A stretch of DNA of 64,000 nt, taken from a virus. Positions 28,185-38,432 of the stretch are shown here, in pieces. The stretch lies in IMG/VR virus record IMGVR_UViG_3300029845_000007; one strand, 5' to 3'. The notes below the pieces were generated by a model. The model ran no database searches. It worked only from the letters and a program-made list of their open reading frames with translations, and was not told the origin of the DNA. Positions within the stretch are counted from its first letter, which is position 1; the number at the start of each line of letters is the position of its first letter. A program made the position numbers and the translations under genes.

Positions 28185-28940
28185 ATGGGACTTCAATTTG
28201 GATTTTCCGCAGTACAGAGTGGTAAGAGAGTAATGCAATCTAGTAACGAACCTACATTGACAGCTAACAGCACTAAAGCTAAGTTTAGTCTTACAGGTGC
28301 AGTTACTCGTATCATGGGTCTTGTTCCTGGCGATACAGTTCAGTTTATTAGTAATGTTGCTGATATTGATGCAGCTATTGCTGAACGTGATGCTGAAGTT
28401 GTTGCATGGTGCGAAGCTAACAATGTTGAATTTGGTACAGAAGCTGCTCGTGCTGCACTCATCCAAACCTTTAGCGAATATGGTATCTGTAAAGGTGTAC
28501 CTTTGTTCGAGAAAGACGGTAAAGTTAAACTTGTTGGTGTTCGTATGACAGCTGAACAAAAAGCTGCTGCTTTTGAACTGAACAAAGAGAAGATTGCAGA
28601 GGAACTTGGCAAGTCAGTAGAAGAAATCACTATTGATGATTATTCTCCTGTTACTCGTGCTTACTCTGGTGCACGTACTTCTACTTCTTCCAATCTTAAT
28701 GGTGTTGGTTTGCCGTTAACTTTCTCTGATTCCAGTATGTGGAATGAATTGAAAGAGAATCTCGGTGAAGATGCAGAGAAAATCAACCGTGTATTCGAGG
28801 TTAAACTTAACGAACCTTTCTCTGTTGCTGTTGAAACTGGTAGAGTTATCGGTGACGAAAAAGAAACTGTTGAAGTTAGTGCTTACAAGATTGTCTTCCA
28901 GTCTGATGAAGAACCTTCTGTTCGTCAGTCAGCTAAATAA
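28185..28940 (+). CDS. Hypothetical protein, probably highly expressed.
   Basis: 251 aa. GC-rich codon choice (GCT/GGT/GTT/CGT) differs from neighbours. Followed by a strong terminator. Confidence 0.55.
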   Translation: MGLQFGFSAVQSGKRVMQSSNEPTLTANSTKAKFSLTGAVTRIMGLVPGDTVQFISNVADIDAAIAERDAEVVAWCEANNVEFGTEAARAALIQTFSEYGICKGVPLFEKDGKVKLVGVRMTAEQKAAAFELNKEKIAEELGKSVEEITIDDYSPVTRAYSGARTSTSSNLNGVGLPLTFSDSSMWNELKENLGEDAEKINRVFEVKLNEPFSVAVETGRVIGDEKETVEVSAYKIVFQSDEEPSVRQSAK

Positions 28941-28970
28941 GACTTCTTCCAGTAATAGCTAGATTATAAA

Positions 28971-29007
28971 GAGCTAAATTCTTAATTGAATTTAGCTCTT
29001 TTTTATT
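28971..29007 (+). terminator. Rho-independent terminator.
   Basis: GAGCTAAATT-cttaattg-AATTTAGCTC followed by TTTTTTATT. Confidence 0.7.
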
Positions 29008-29111
29008 GGCTATAATTTTGAAATTTATTATATTTGGAAACTTTGCAATAAACAATAGCAAGCCTGTACAACTTGTTATTGCTAGTATTAATCTTTATAA
29101 AAACAATTTTT

Positions 29112-30152
29112 ATGAGTACTCAAAAAGAAGGAACTGCCAAAGTAGATGAATCAGTAGTAAATCAACCAGCTAATAGTGCTGCAACTACTGCTCCTAAAAA
29201 GCGTCGTAGAGGTATTAGTAATGAAACAAGAACTACTTCTCGTAAGAAGTTCTCTCACAAAGATGCTATTAATAATCTTTGGTTATTTGTTGGTCATCTC
29301 CATGCTCGTGTTGCTTGGGTAACTATGAAGGAAGAAAGCAATATGCGTCCTGCATTTGCAGGAAAAGCTGTTCCACAGCTTATCATTGAAGCTACTTCTC
29401 TTCATACCAATCCTATTGATGTTCGTGTTGCAAGTAAGACATTCTGGGCTTATGAAAGTAATGTTGACTATATTCCTGGCGGTGCTAAAGAGAAGTTTAT
29501 TAATATGGACTTTGCTTGGATAAAACACTTCCTTGATGTAGTTGTATTCAAAGGTCGTGAAATGACTGGTGAAGAATCTGAAATGCTTGAACTTGGTTAT
29601 GTTGATTATGACGATAATGGTCAGTATGAACCAGTTGAAGTAGAAGATGTTATCAAGGCTTGGGGAGTTCTGTTTGACAATGTAGTTAAACTTGTTGAAA
29701 CAGGTGGTGAGAATGGTAAGTCTGCATTACTTGATAAAGTAGGCAACCAAAGACAGTTTTGGTTCAGACTTAATCGTTACTACAAGAACAAAGGTGATTG
29801 GGCTTTCTCCGGTCAAGGTTCAGAAGAAGGCGACTTAGTATTTCCGAACATTGTCGGACAAGGTATCTTTGAAGAAAAGTTCATGTTAGATGCTACTCAT
29901 TTCAAAGAACCTAGTCTTATGTTTGATATTACTAAGGAACGTATTGCTCCTATGGACGGTGTTCAATCAAAACAAAAGAAAGCTCCTAATCTTGCAGCTG
30001 CCCCAGGTATTGGTGGTATTGCAATGGGTGCAGGAATTGTTCAACCTAGTATGGGTGGTATGCCAAACTTTGGTGCAGCAGGTGGTTTTAATCCAACTGA
30101 AGGTTCTGCATTTGCTCCTGATTCAGAAGACAATGGTGGACTTCCATTCTAA
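29112..30152 (+). CDS. Putative ssDNA-binding protein.
   Basis: Gly-rich flexible C-terminal region (GIGGIAMGAGIVQPSMGGMPNFGAAGGF) ending in the acidic tip SEDNGGLPF, like the DDDIPF tail of bacterial SSB. Start trimmed to ATG 29112 (MSTQKEG). Confidence 0.4.
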   Translation: MSTQKEGTAKVDESVVNQPANSAATTAPKKRRRGISNETRTTSRKKFSHKDAINNLWLFVGHLHARVAWVTMKEESNMRPAFAGKAVPQLIIEATSLHTNPIDVRVASKTFWAYESNVDYIPGGAKEKFINMDFAWIKHFLDVVVFKGREMTGEESEMLELGYVDYDDNGQYEPVEVEDVIKAWGVLFDNVVKLVETGGENGKSALLDKVGNQRQFWFRLNRYYKNKGDWAFSGQGSEEGDLVFPNIVGQGIFEEKFMLDATHFKEPSLMFDITKERIAPMDGVQSKQKKAPNLAAAPGIGGIAMGAGIVQPSMGGMPNFGAAGGFNPTEGSAFAPDSEDNGGLPF

Positions 30153-30182
30153 GTAATCCAAATATATTTCGTTAATAATGTT

Positions 30183-30214
30183 ATAAGCCTAGTGTAAAGC
30201 TAGGCTTATTTTAT
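30183..30214 (+). terminator. Rho-independent terminator.
   Basis: ATAAGCCTAG-tgtaaag-CTAGGCTTAT followed by TTTATC. Confidence 0.65.
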
Positions 30215-30225
30215 CTAGTTATACT

Positions 30226-31359
30226 ATGCGTAGAGGAATAAGACAAGACTTAACAAAAGAGTTTATATTATCTAAGGTTAGTCAGGAAATGATTATGGCT
30301 AAGTATATGGGTATACCTGTATCAGTAGTTAATGATTGTGTTGAAAACAATGTTCTTATATGTTCTCCTTTACGTGTTGATAATCATCCAACATTTGGTT
30401 TTGCTTTTAATAAGAATCATAAGCTAAAAGCATGTGATTTTAATGGTTCTTTCTTTGGTGACTGTTTTGATTTAGTAGCTTATGTTCTAAGTTTTAAAAC
30501 TGGTCGTCATATAAATGTTGCTAATAAGGCAGATTTCTATTATGTATTAAAGCACATAGCTTATACTTTCCGTAAGATAATATATGACGGAGAAGTTGAC
30601 GATGAGAATGAAATCTTGCTTAAACAAGTAATATCTAAAATCAAAGCAAGTAAACCTATTATTGAAGTAGCTACTAGAAGTTGGAATAATAACGATAAGA
30701 ATATTTGGAAAAAATGGGGAATTGGTCTTCATTGGCTTAATACTCATTTTGTCTATCCTGTTGACCAAATGTATATTAATAGATATTGTCAACCTATTCC
30801 TAAATATAAGTATAAAGAATCTGACCCTTGTTATGCTTATGTTACTGGATTAGATAGTAATGGTATCTATAATATTGAATGTTACTTTCCTCTTCGAGAT
30901 AGAAGTAAGGGAGAAGTAAAGTTCATAACCAATCATAATGGTCTAGTTGGAATACTTAATCTTGATAAACCTAAGTATGATATAATTATTATAACTAAAT
31001 CATATAAAGACAATCTAGCATTAAGTAATTGGTTACATTCCTATCCTTTAAGGGGGAATTTGTCAGAGTCTAAAATAGGAGTAATTAATGTTACTTCGGA
31101 GAGCTACGTTCTTAAAGATTACGAATATAATTGGCTTCAATCTAAACTAAATGACGGTGGAATACTTGTTTCATTCTACGACTGTGACCTAACTGGTGTA
31201 CATGGTGCTCGCAGGTTACGTAAAGAATATGGTATTATACCTATTATTATTCCTAGAAGTTATGGAGCTAAAGATTTCTCGGAGCTAATTACTATGTATT
31301 CTAAAGAAACTATTAATTTATTCATAGAACAAACAGAATCATTATTTGAATATGATTAG
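30226..31359 (+). CDS. DnaG-like DNA primase (zinc finger plus TOPRIM).
   Basis: CSPLRVDNHPTFGF...KACDFNGSFFGDC zinc-binding motif. TOPRIM-like FYDCDLTGVHGA (DxD). Contains motif copy 31045-31062. Confidence 0.6.
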   Translation: MRRGIRQDLTKEFILSKVSQEMIMAKYMGIPVSVVNDCVENNVLICSPLRVDNHPTFGFAFNKNHKLKACDFNGSFFGDCFDLVAYVLSFKTGRHINVANKADFYYVLKHIAYTFRKIIYDGEVDDENEILLKQVISKIKASKPIIEVATRSWNNNDKNIWKKWGIGLHWLNTHFVYPVDQMYINRYCQPIPKYKYKESDPCYAYVTGLDSNGIYNIECYFPLRDRSKGEVKFITNHNGLVGILNLDKPKYDIIIITKSYKDNLALSNWLHSYPLRGNLSESKIGVINVTSESYVLKDYEYNWLQSKLNDGGILVSFYDCDLTGVHGARRLRKEYGIIPIIIPRSYGAKDFSELITMYSKETINLFIEQTESLFEYD

Positions 31360-31888
31360 AGAAGAAGAATATAAGCCGCTACCTAAAGCGCAAGAAGAAT
31401 TGCGAGTGATTAATTTTAATTCATTTGCACCATTGAGAAGAATAGCTATAAATAGTTTCGGTAATAGTGGAGCTGTTCATAGCTATTATTTTATGTACCC
31501 TTTAACAGATGAAGAAGAGAGTTACTTAAACCATATTAAGCAACAAATGATTGATAATCCTAATACATTGTTTCGTATTTCATTGTCTGACGGTACACCA
31601 ATAGATTTCTCTAAGATAAAAATCTATGGTAACTTTGACTTTGATAATGAAGAACATATTGCGATTATTAAAGAATACTTGGCTAAAGATTTGTACAGTT
31701 CTCATAAGATACCTAGAGAGTTCAATTATGAAGCTAATACTTCGGTATCTAAAGGAAACTTTATACAGTGGACTGAAAGTACTGATTATTTAAAGTGTTT
31801 CAAGTTCTATCATGCGAGAATAGGTAAACCTAAAAAGTATATAATTGTAAGACTTACAGCAAATGAAATTAGATACAAATCCGTTTAG
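31346..31888 (+). CDS. Hypothetical protein.
   Basis: 180-aa ORF overlapping the primase stop. Confidence 0.45.
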   Translation: MNMIREEEYKPLPKAQEELRVINFNSFAPLRRIAINSFGNSGAVHSYYFMYPLTDEEESYLNHIKQQMIDNPNTLFRISLSDGTPIDFSKIKIYGNFDFDNEEHIAIIKEYLAKDLYSSHKIPREFNYEANTSVSKGNFIQWTESTDYLKCFKFYHARIGKPKKYIIVRLTANEIRYKSV

Positions 31889-32375
31889 TTACGAATTAGA
31901 TGAATCAGACATTAGGATGATTAGACATAACTGTAATACTAAAGGTATTCCTAATACTATTGCTAATTATCTTCATGAATTAGATTTACCTAATTATCCT
32001 TATATTCAGACTATTCATTTCAGATATAAATGGATAATGGCAGCTCTCTTATATTTAGGATATGATAAAGAATCTCTTGAAAAGATTCATGAAGCTAATC
32101 TTAAATATGAAGAAACTCATCCTCCTATTATTTACGAAAAGAAAAGAGGTGGAACTAATAAGACTAGTGCTAAACGAATTACTAAATCTTCCCCCATAAA
32201 GGAGTGTGGATTTGTTGCATCTTCTTCTAATGGTGGAAAATCCGTTGCAACTCCTGTCAATTCTAAAGTTAGAATTATTGTTATTGAAACTAATAAGTCT
32301 ATGATTATTGATAGAGAAGTTGCTATTGGTCTTATGCGTGAACAACCTAACAAATATAAAATTGAAGAACTATGA
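31863..32375 (+). CDS. Hypothetical protein.
   Basis: 170-aa ORF. Contains motif copy 32188-32217 encoding KSSPIKECGF. Confidence 0.45.
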   Translation: MKLDTNPFSYELDESDIRMIRHNCNTKGIPNTIANYLHELDLPNYPYIQTIHFRYKWIMAALLYLGYDKESLEKIHEANLKYEETHPPIIYEKKRGGTNKTSAKRITKSSPIKECGFVASSSNGGKSVATPVNSKVRIIVIETNKSMIIDREVAIGLMREQPNKYKIEEL

Positions 32376-33637
32376 GCGAATCGAAAAGTATTATTCTTTA
32401 TAAGCGTAATGCACAAGGTAAACCAATCTTTTGGTCAGCTGAAATACTAGGACACAAGATTATACTAAAGTATGGTATTGTTGGTAAAGAAGGGACTACA
32501 TCTGAATATGTTCCACCTAGAGGTGTTGAGAAAGAATGGAAAACTATTGTTGCAGCTAAGCGTAGAGAAGGAGGTATGGAACTGTCTGAATTATATGATG
32601 CAGCTCCTCAAGAAATACCTAATATTGAGGCTTTGAAACATTATCTTGATATGTATCTTCCTAAATACAATACTAATAATGAAGGATTTGTTCTTCCTAT
32701 GCTAGCTAAGATATATGAATATAATAACGAACAAAACCTGTTAGCTCAAATTAAGATTAACGGTGTTCGTTGTAATATATCAGCTGTTATGCGTGGTGAA
32801 GGATTCTTTAAAACTAAAGGTCTTGTATTTCATAGTCGTAAAGGACTTGAATATAAATGTCCTGTATTGGAGAATGTATTGCTTGATGATGTTATTACAG
32901 ACAAGCTATTCAATCGTATGTTAGAAGATAATCTAGTATTAGACGGAGAATTATATATTCCAGGTCTTGAACTAAATGATATTCTAAGTGCTGCCGAGAA
33001 TCTTAAAAGTCCGTATAATCGTTTTCTTCAATTTTGGTGTTATGATTTAGCTATTGATGATATGATTCAAACTAGTCGTATATCATTATTGAAGACAGAG
33101 TTCGGTAAGTTTAAGATGCCTAATTACGTTAATGCTAAAGCTATTCTTGATTATCACATGAATAATAAGAATCGTTTCGTTCTTATTCATACTTATGATA
33201 ATGTAAATGGAGATGAAGATATTATTAAGTATCGAGATATCTTTGTTAAAGCTAAGTTCGAGGGAGCTATTCTCCGAAATCCTTATGCTACATATCAGTT
33301 TGGTAAACGTAATTCTAATATGTACAAAAGTAAACCAATATTAGACGGTAAATTCGAAATTCTAGATATTATTCCTGAAGGAGCTAAACGACCTAACTTT
33401 AGTAAGTTTGTTCTTCGTAATGATATTAATGGTGAAACATTTGAATGTATGCCAGTTGGTGATGCTTCTACTCGTCAAAGTTATCTTATTAATAAAGACA
33501 AGTTTATTGGAAAGATAGCGTTTGCTGAATTTAGATGTAGGTCAGGTGTCAAGGAAGTCCCCTCACATGGAAATGTTATAAAAATACTTGATAATGAGCC
33601 TACAAGATTACCAAATAATAACGAAGAAGAAAGTTAA
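32372..33637 (+). CDS. ATP-dependent DNA ligase.
   Basis: Motif I KINGVR (adenylation lysine). Motif III LDGELY. Motif IV FEGAILRNP. Confidence 0.6.
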   Translation: MSESKSIILYKRNAQGKPIFWSAEILGHKIILKYGIVGKEGTTSEYVPPRGVEKEWKTIVAAKRREGGMELSELYDAAPQEIPNIEALKHYLDMYLPKYNTNNEGFVLPMLAKIYEYNNEQNLLAQIKINGVRCNISAVMRGEGFFKTKGLVFHSRKGLEYKCPVLENVLLDDVITDKLFNRMLEDNLVLDGELYIPGLELNDILSAAENLKSPYNRFLQFWCYDLAIDDMIQTSRISLLKTEFGKFKMPNYVNAKAILDYHMNNKNRFVLIHTYDNVNGDEDIIKYRDIFVKAKFEGAILRNPYATYQFGKRNSNMYKSKPILDGKFEILDIIPEGAKRPNFSKFVLRNDINGETFECMPVGDASTRQSYLINKDKFIGKIAFAEFRCRSGVKEVPSHGNVIKILDNEPTRLPNNNEEES

Positions 33638-33713
33638 TTATAATCAATCTTATATAGACTATAAGAAAAAGAAACTGATAATAAAAGATATACATTTGAA
33701 TAATAAACTAAAG

Positions 33714-33947
33714 ATGCTTATAATGTCTAAGTTCGACCCAATAGAAGGACAAGACGGTATGTATCTAGGTTTTGTTACAGATAATGTTCTAGGTCAATGC
33801 CGAAATGTATCTGTTTCTGATTATGGTTATTATTCTGTTTCTGCATCTGATATTATACAAGCTCTCGATGTTAAGTCAGATACTAATGTTAAGTTAGTAA
33901 AAGAAGAAGAGGATGATAACCTTGTAGTATATAAGTTGTTAAAGTAA
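33714..33947 (+). CDS. Small hypothetical protein.
   Basis: Internal Met (MLIMSKFDP...) of track ORF 33588-33947. The upstream part overlaps the ligase. Confidence 0.35.
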   Translation: MLIMSKFDPIEGQDGMYLGFVTDNVLGQCRNVSVSDYGYYSVSASDIIQALDVKSDTNVKLVKEEEDDNLVVYKLLK

Positions 33948-33964
33948 GTCGTGGTTTGATTCTT

Positions 33965-34006
33965 GCCCTATCATTAGTCGAAAGATTAGTGGTAGGGCTT
34001 TTTTGT
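33965..34006 (+). terminator. Rho-independent terminator with a GAAA loop.
   Basis: GCCCTATCATTAGTC-gaaa-GATTAGTGGTAGGGC (stem with G-U wobbles) followed by TTTTTTG. Confidence 0.6.
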
Positions 34007-34207
34007 TGTTCCCTTGTAAAGCTAAGTGTTACTACTATATATTCTGATTGTGAGATAAATCGTTAGCTTATACTCAAAGAGGACTGTCGGAACGTATAAG
34101 AAACAACACTCCTTTATGGGGGAAATCAACGAGAATACCCGATATTTTGTCTCTGTACGATTTACTATGCCAACCTTAACAACTATACTATTTTTGTCTT
34201 ACGTTTA

Positions 34208-34582
34208 ATGACAAGCCTTAGAATCGTTTTTCTGCGTATGCTGAAAAACAGTAAGATTTTCTTTGGTCTAATACTAGGATTGATTATATTTGTAAATGAA
34301 GTAATGGAGAAGAAGCAAATAAAAGCTAAATACATAGTTGTTAAACAACCTGACGATAATATTGCATATCGCAATGTTATCAAGTTCTTATATATCGTAA
34401 TAACTCGTGAAGAACTATCTAAGAAAATCGACAATTATCTTAACGGTAAGATTGAAAGGACTGCTGGTGTTTATGCTCCTCTTGATTTGTTTAATCATAT
34501 TATTAAGCATAGGAAAGTTTATTCCTACGAAGAAGCTAAACGTCGTGCACGTTATTTAAATAAAAAGTATGGAAGAAGTTAA
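34208..34582 (+). CDS. Hypothetical protein.
   Basis: 124-aa ORF. Confidence 0.4.
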   Translation: MTSLRIVFLRMLKNSKIFFGLILGLIIFVNEVMEKKQIKAKYIVVKQPDDNIAYRNVIKFLYIVITREELSKKIDNYLNGKIERTAGVYAPLDLFNHIIKHRKVYSYEEAKRRARYLNKKYGRS

Positions 34583-34901
34583 AAACACAGTCAGATTCGT
34601 TACTATTCCTAATTTTCCTAATTATTGTATAGGAGAAGACGGAAGAGTTTGGTCTGATAATCGTAAACGTTATCTTAAATGGTATCGTGGTAAAGGTTGC
34701 GAACGACCTCATGTCAAATTGTTTCACAATGGTAATAGTGCTAAGCTATTTATAGCTACTCTCGTTGCTCAAGCATTTGTTACTAATCCTAAGCCTAATG
34801 TATATAAATATGTTAGGTATAAAGACGGTAACAGTGCTAACAATCATTATACTAATATTGAATGGTGTAGAAATCAAACTGGAAGTAAATATGGAAAATA
34901 A
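34569..34901 (+). CDS. Free-standing HNH homing endonuclease.
   Basis: N-terminal IPNFPNYCIGEDGRVWS (NUMOD4-like). HNH core HVKLFHNGNS...DGNSANNHYTNIEW. Confidence 0.65.
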   Translation: MEEVKNTVRFVTIPNFPNYCIGEDGRVWSDNRKRYLKWYRGKGCERPHVKLFHNGNSAKLFIATLVAQAFVTNPKPNVYKYVRYKDGNSANNHYTNIEWCRNQTGSKYGK

Positions 34902-35169
34902 AATAAAAAATGTTTTAGATATTATAGCCGAAATAAGTAAGAAAGATAAGAAGAAACAAGTATTCATTCTTATTAATCTTATAAATCAGTTAAAAAGTAC
35001 TCGTATAGAGGCTAACAGCAATTATGAAGATTGTCAGCTTTCTTATGCTCGTAGAACAGATAATTATATTGATAACTTTAAGCTGATGCTATTTAAGAAA
35101 CGATTAGATTGTCTGGATATGATTATTGAGAACTTAGATTTTTATCTTGACGAATTATTAAACAAATAG
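34891..35169 (+). CDS. Hypothetical protein.
   Basis: Internal Met (MENKIKNV...) of track ORF 34765-35169. The upstream part overlaps the HNH gene. Confidence 0.4.
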   Translation: MENKIKNVLDIIAEISKKDKKKQVFILINLINQLKSTRIEANSNYEDCQLSYARRTDNYIDNFKLMLFKKRLDCLDMIIENLDFYLDELLNK

Positions 35170-35170
35170 T

Positions 35171-35476
35171 ATGAATAGAGCTAAAATCTTTCAAAGTGTC
35201 ATTAAAGGAACTAATGTATTTACTCCTATTATTGATAGTTATCATACTGTTGGTAATCACATTATTGAACTTAGTTGTTCCGAAAAAGATAATCAACATG
35301 GGTTATACAATAGAGAAGTTAATGGCATTAGCTTTAAAGGTACATATGGTGTGACTGTTATTACTAATAACGGTAATGGGTGGGAACGTAGTATTGAATT
35401 AGATAAATTATGTTATTCTCGTGAAGAAGCCATAGAATATATTAAATCATTAGGAGATAAAGAAGATGAAATTTGA
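35171..35476 (+). CDS. Hypothetical protein.
   Basis: 101-aa ORF. Confidence 0.45.
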   Translation: MNRAKIFQSVIKGTNVFTPIIDSYHTVGNHIIELSCSEKDNQHGLYNREVNGISFKGTYGVTVITNNGNGWERSIELDKLCYSREEAIEYIKSLGDKEDEI

Positions 35477-35628
35477 TAATCCTTATAGTATATTTCTTGA
35501 TGATAGTCCTCTTGAATTAGTATTTCCTTCTAACAATAGTTACAAAGGAAGTTCTACTAAAGAAGGTTCTAATTCTAAAGCTATTGCTAAGAGACGTAAA
35601 CGTAATAAGAATAAGAAAACTCATAGAA

Positions 35629-35961
35629 ATGCAAAACGGTGAAATAATTCCTATGCTTATTGCTAGGATAAAACAGAACAATACTGATAACATGGTTATT
35701 CGTTCTAAACTTTATAGCTTATTAACCGATATTACTAATAAGTTTGATGAAGTTATTAGAGCTGTTCCTCGTATCGAAGACTTTCAAAATATGTCTAATG
35801 AACAAGTACTTGAACATTATTATCTAAGTGTTGGTGCTGAAAGTCTTTGGGATTCTCGTGAGCTTATTATGAAAGCTATATCTGAACAAAATAAATTAAT
35901 TAGAGAAGAATATGAAAAACCTAAAGAAGCTAGCAAAGAAACTATTAAAGATAAAGGATAA
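35629..35961 (+). CDS. Hypothetical protein.
   Basis: Track ORF 35584-35961, likely starting at Met 35629 (MQNGEIIPML). A 58-aa basic ORF (35467-35643) overlaps upstream. Confidence 0.4.
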   Translation: MQNGEIIPMLIARIKQNNTDNMVIRSKLYSLLTDITNKFDEVIRAVPRIEDFQNMSNEQVLEHYYLSVGAESLWDSRELIMKAISEQNKLIREEYEKPKEASKETIKDKG

Positions 35962-36071
35962 AGAAGTTACTCGTTCATGCTCTAATTGTGAAAAGTACAG
36001 AAGTATGAGATGTCCTAATAGTTTCTATTGTTACAGTACTGAAAACAAACCGTTTTTTAAACCGAAACATA

Positions 36072-36845
36072 ATGGGAAATAGTTTATTTAGTATTAAAGC
36101 CGAGTTGCAGGATATTATCTTGCAACTCGAAGAAGGTGAAGCAACAGATGAACTTGTTGCAAAACTAGGTATTACCGAAGATAATCTTAAAGATAAGATT
36201 GCTGATTATCTTCAAGTAATTAAACGTTATCAATGTGACGTTAAAGAATGTAATGACGAAGTTGCTCGTGTTAACCAAATTAAGAAAACAAGAGATAATA
36301 CTCTTAGACGTCTTAAAGATGCTGTTCTCGAAGCCGTTCTTATGTTTGGTTCTACTGGTAAGTCAGGTAATAAAGTTATTGAGGGTAGTACTTATAAAAT
36401 CTATTCTCGTAATACAACTACCACTGTATTAGATGATATTCGTATCTCTGATATTATCCGACAGTTTGTAGATATTGTTACCGAATACTTAGCGAGTACT
36501 GAAATTAAAGAAAGTCTTAGTATTGAGTATCTTGCTCGTATTATTAGTGCTCACATGAAAGCTGAAACTTCCCCCATAGAGGAGTCGGAAGATGTGCGAT
36601 CTCCTTTCGTCGACGTAACTACTGATGATATATTTGCTATTGATACTGAAATAACTATTAATATACGTTTATCAGAACTAGCAAATGCTACTAATTTCAA
36701 TCTTGTTCAATGGATTGGACAGAATCCTCATAGGGTAGAATTTAAATCTTCTACTAGTAAATCAGCTGTTGCAGCTAATTTAGATTTAAATGCTGACCTT
36801 ACTATTGCTAAACAAGTACCTAATACATCATTAATAATTAAATAA
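36072..36845 (+). CDS. Hypothetical protein.
   Basis: 257-aa ORF. Contains motif copy 36568-36588 encoding ETSPIEESE. Confidence 0.5.
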   Translation: MGNSLFSIKAELQDIILQLEEGEATDELVAKLGITEDNLKDKIADYLQVIKRYQCDVKECNDEVARVNQIKKTRDNTLRRLKDAVLEAVLMFGSTGKSGNKVIEGSTYKIYSRNTTTTVLDDIRISDIIRQFVDIVTEYLASTEIKESLSIEYLARIISAHMKAETSPIEESEDVRSPFVDVTTDDIFAIDTEITINIRLSELANATNFNLVQWIGQNPHRVEFKSSTSKSAVAANLDLNADLTIAKQVPNTSLIIK

Positions 36846-36964
36846 TATGTTTGAAGTAGAAGATTGGGTAGAAGAACTTATCGAGAGAATTATGAATACT
36901 TATGGTTGTAATCGTAAACAAGCCATTGATTCAATAAAAGAAAATCTTTATTAAAAAGTTAGAT

Positions 36965-38053
36965 ATGCAATTTAATTTTAGAGATTCAGATTATAGAATT
37001 AAGTACAAAGCTCGTGGAATTGCTTGGAGAGGAAAAATTGGAGTAGATGTTAGTGATTGTAAAACAACAGAAGAAGCTATTGTAAAAGCTAAACTTGATT
37101 ATACAGTTGCTAAATGTCAATTGTCTGCAAAAATGCCAACACATGATAATGGTGTTAGTCGTGACGGTTCTATTTTTCCTAATATAGTTAACGGCTTTGA
37201 ATTTGTTGATGTTCCTGGTGAGTTTGCAACTTATCGTACTGATACTAATATTCCTCTTGGGAAAGTAAAGTCTCGATACGAAGTAGTACAAAATCAAATG
37301 GCTTTTGGCTTCTTTGACGATGCTCTTGGTGGTAGAGTAAAACTTGACCGTGCAGGATATTTTGGTTATGGACAAAAGATATTTATGTCAGCAACATTTG
37401 ATAAAGATATTAATATTGGTGGTAAAAATGATACTATCCAACATTATTTTGTCTTTACTAATAGTCATGACGGTGGAAGTGCTGTACAAATGATGATTAC
37501 TCCTATAAGAGTTATTTGTATGAACGCACTTCATGCAGCTAGAATATCAGCTGAAAGTTATATATCTTTTAGACATAACAAAGGTGTTAATACTAAGATA
37601 CTTACTGTTCCTGAAATACTTGGTCTTACCGAACGTAAGATAGAAGAGGAAGAAGATATGTATCGAGTATTATATAAAACTAAAGTATCAGACGAAGAAG
37701 TAAAAAAATATCTCTCTGCAACTTTCCTTACGGGGGAAGAATTCGAGAGAGTAGATGAATTGTATTTATATAACGGTTTGTTCCGTAGAGATAATTCTGC
37801 CTATGAAGCCTCTGGAATATCTATGCAGAAACTAAATACTCTCTGCGATTCTTTTGAATATTATCAGGAAGGCGTTGGTCAAAGACTAATAGCTGGTACA
37901 GCTTATGGTGCTTATAACGCTGTTACAGGTTATTTCTCTAACGTTAAAGAGTATAAGACAGAAGAACTTCGCTTGAAGAATACAGTATTTGAAGGCGACT
38001 ACAATACTAGTCTTAAAGCTCTTAACTATGCTCTAGCTAATGTATGGGAATAA
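36965..38053 (+). CDS. DUF932-like phage/plasmid protein.
   Basis: 362 aa. ...FVFTNSHDGGSAVQMMITPIRVICMNAL... resembles the conserved core of the DUF932 family. Contains motif copy 37725-37743. Confidence 0.4.
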   Translation: MQFNFRDSDYRIKYKARGIAWRGKIGVDVSDCKTTEEAIVKAKLDYTVAKCQLSAKMPTHDNGVSRDGSIFPNIVNGFEFVDVPGEFATYRTDTNIPLGKVKSRYEVVQNQMAFGFFDDALGGRVKLDRAGYFGYGQKIFMSATFDKDINIGGKNDTIQHYFVFTNSHDGGSAVQMMITPIRVICMNALHAARISAESYISFRHNKGVNTKILTVPEILGLTERKIEEEEDMYRVLYKTKVSDEEVKKYLSATFLTGEEFERVDELYLYNGLFRRDNSAYEASGISMQKLNTLCDSFEYYQEGVGQRLIAGTAYGAYNAVTGYFSNVKEYKTEELRLKNTVFEGDYNTSLKALNYALANVWE

Positions 38054-38196
38054 GAACTTTTATTGAAAAACTAATTGGGTTATTTACTGTTCCACGTTGT
38101 CCTAATTGTGGTGCTAGACTAGAAGAAGTTCCACGGGAAGAGGAAAATGACCCAATTGCTTTTAAATGTATTAACTGTGGTAAAGAATGGAGTTAG
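38044..38196 (+). CDS. Small zinc-ribbon protein (50 aa).
   Basis: CPNC...CINC. Overlaps the stop of the upstream gene. Below the ORF-track size cutoff. Confidence 0.35.
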   Translation: MGIRTFIEKLIGLFTVPRCPNCGARLEEVPREEENDPIAFKCINCGKEWS

Positions 38197-38432
38197 AAAC
38201 CGTATTAAAAACAATTTTATTAGATGTCCCTGTTATTGAATGTTTTATTCAGTTTGTAATAACTGCAATAGCACTAAAGATTACTAAGGAAAGACTAGAT
38301 GATGAAGTAATAAGTACAGTTACTCTTAATTGTGTTTTATTCTTTATTCCAATATTAGGTCATGTTCTATTTGTAATATTTATAATCAGGTTTGTTCATT
38401 TATTAAAGTATCTATATGGAAAAGAAGAATAA
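38187..38432 (+). CDS. Small membrane protein.
   Basis: 81 aa with hydrophobic segments. Confidence 0.4.
   Translation: MELETVLKTILLDVPVIECFIQFVITAIALKITKERLDDEVISTVTLNCVLFFIPILGHVLFVIFIIRFVHLLKYLYGKEE

Noticed and set aside
29014-29036. Bacteroides-type promoter (TTTG ... TAnnTTTG) upstream of the SSB-like gene
   Set aside because: A TATATTTG -7-like element is present at 29029-29036, but the nearest upstream TTTG is only about 11 bp away rather than about 20. Too weak to call.
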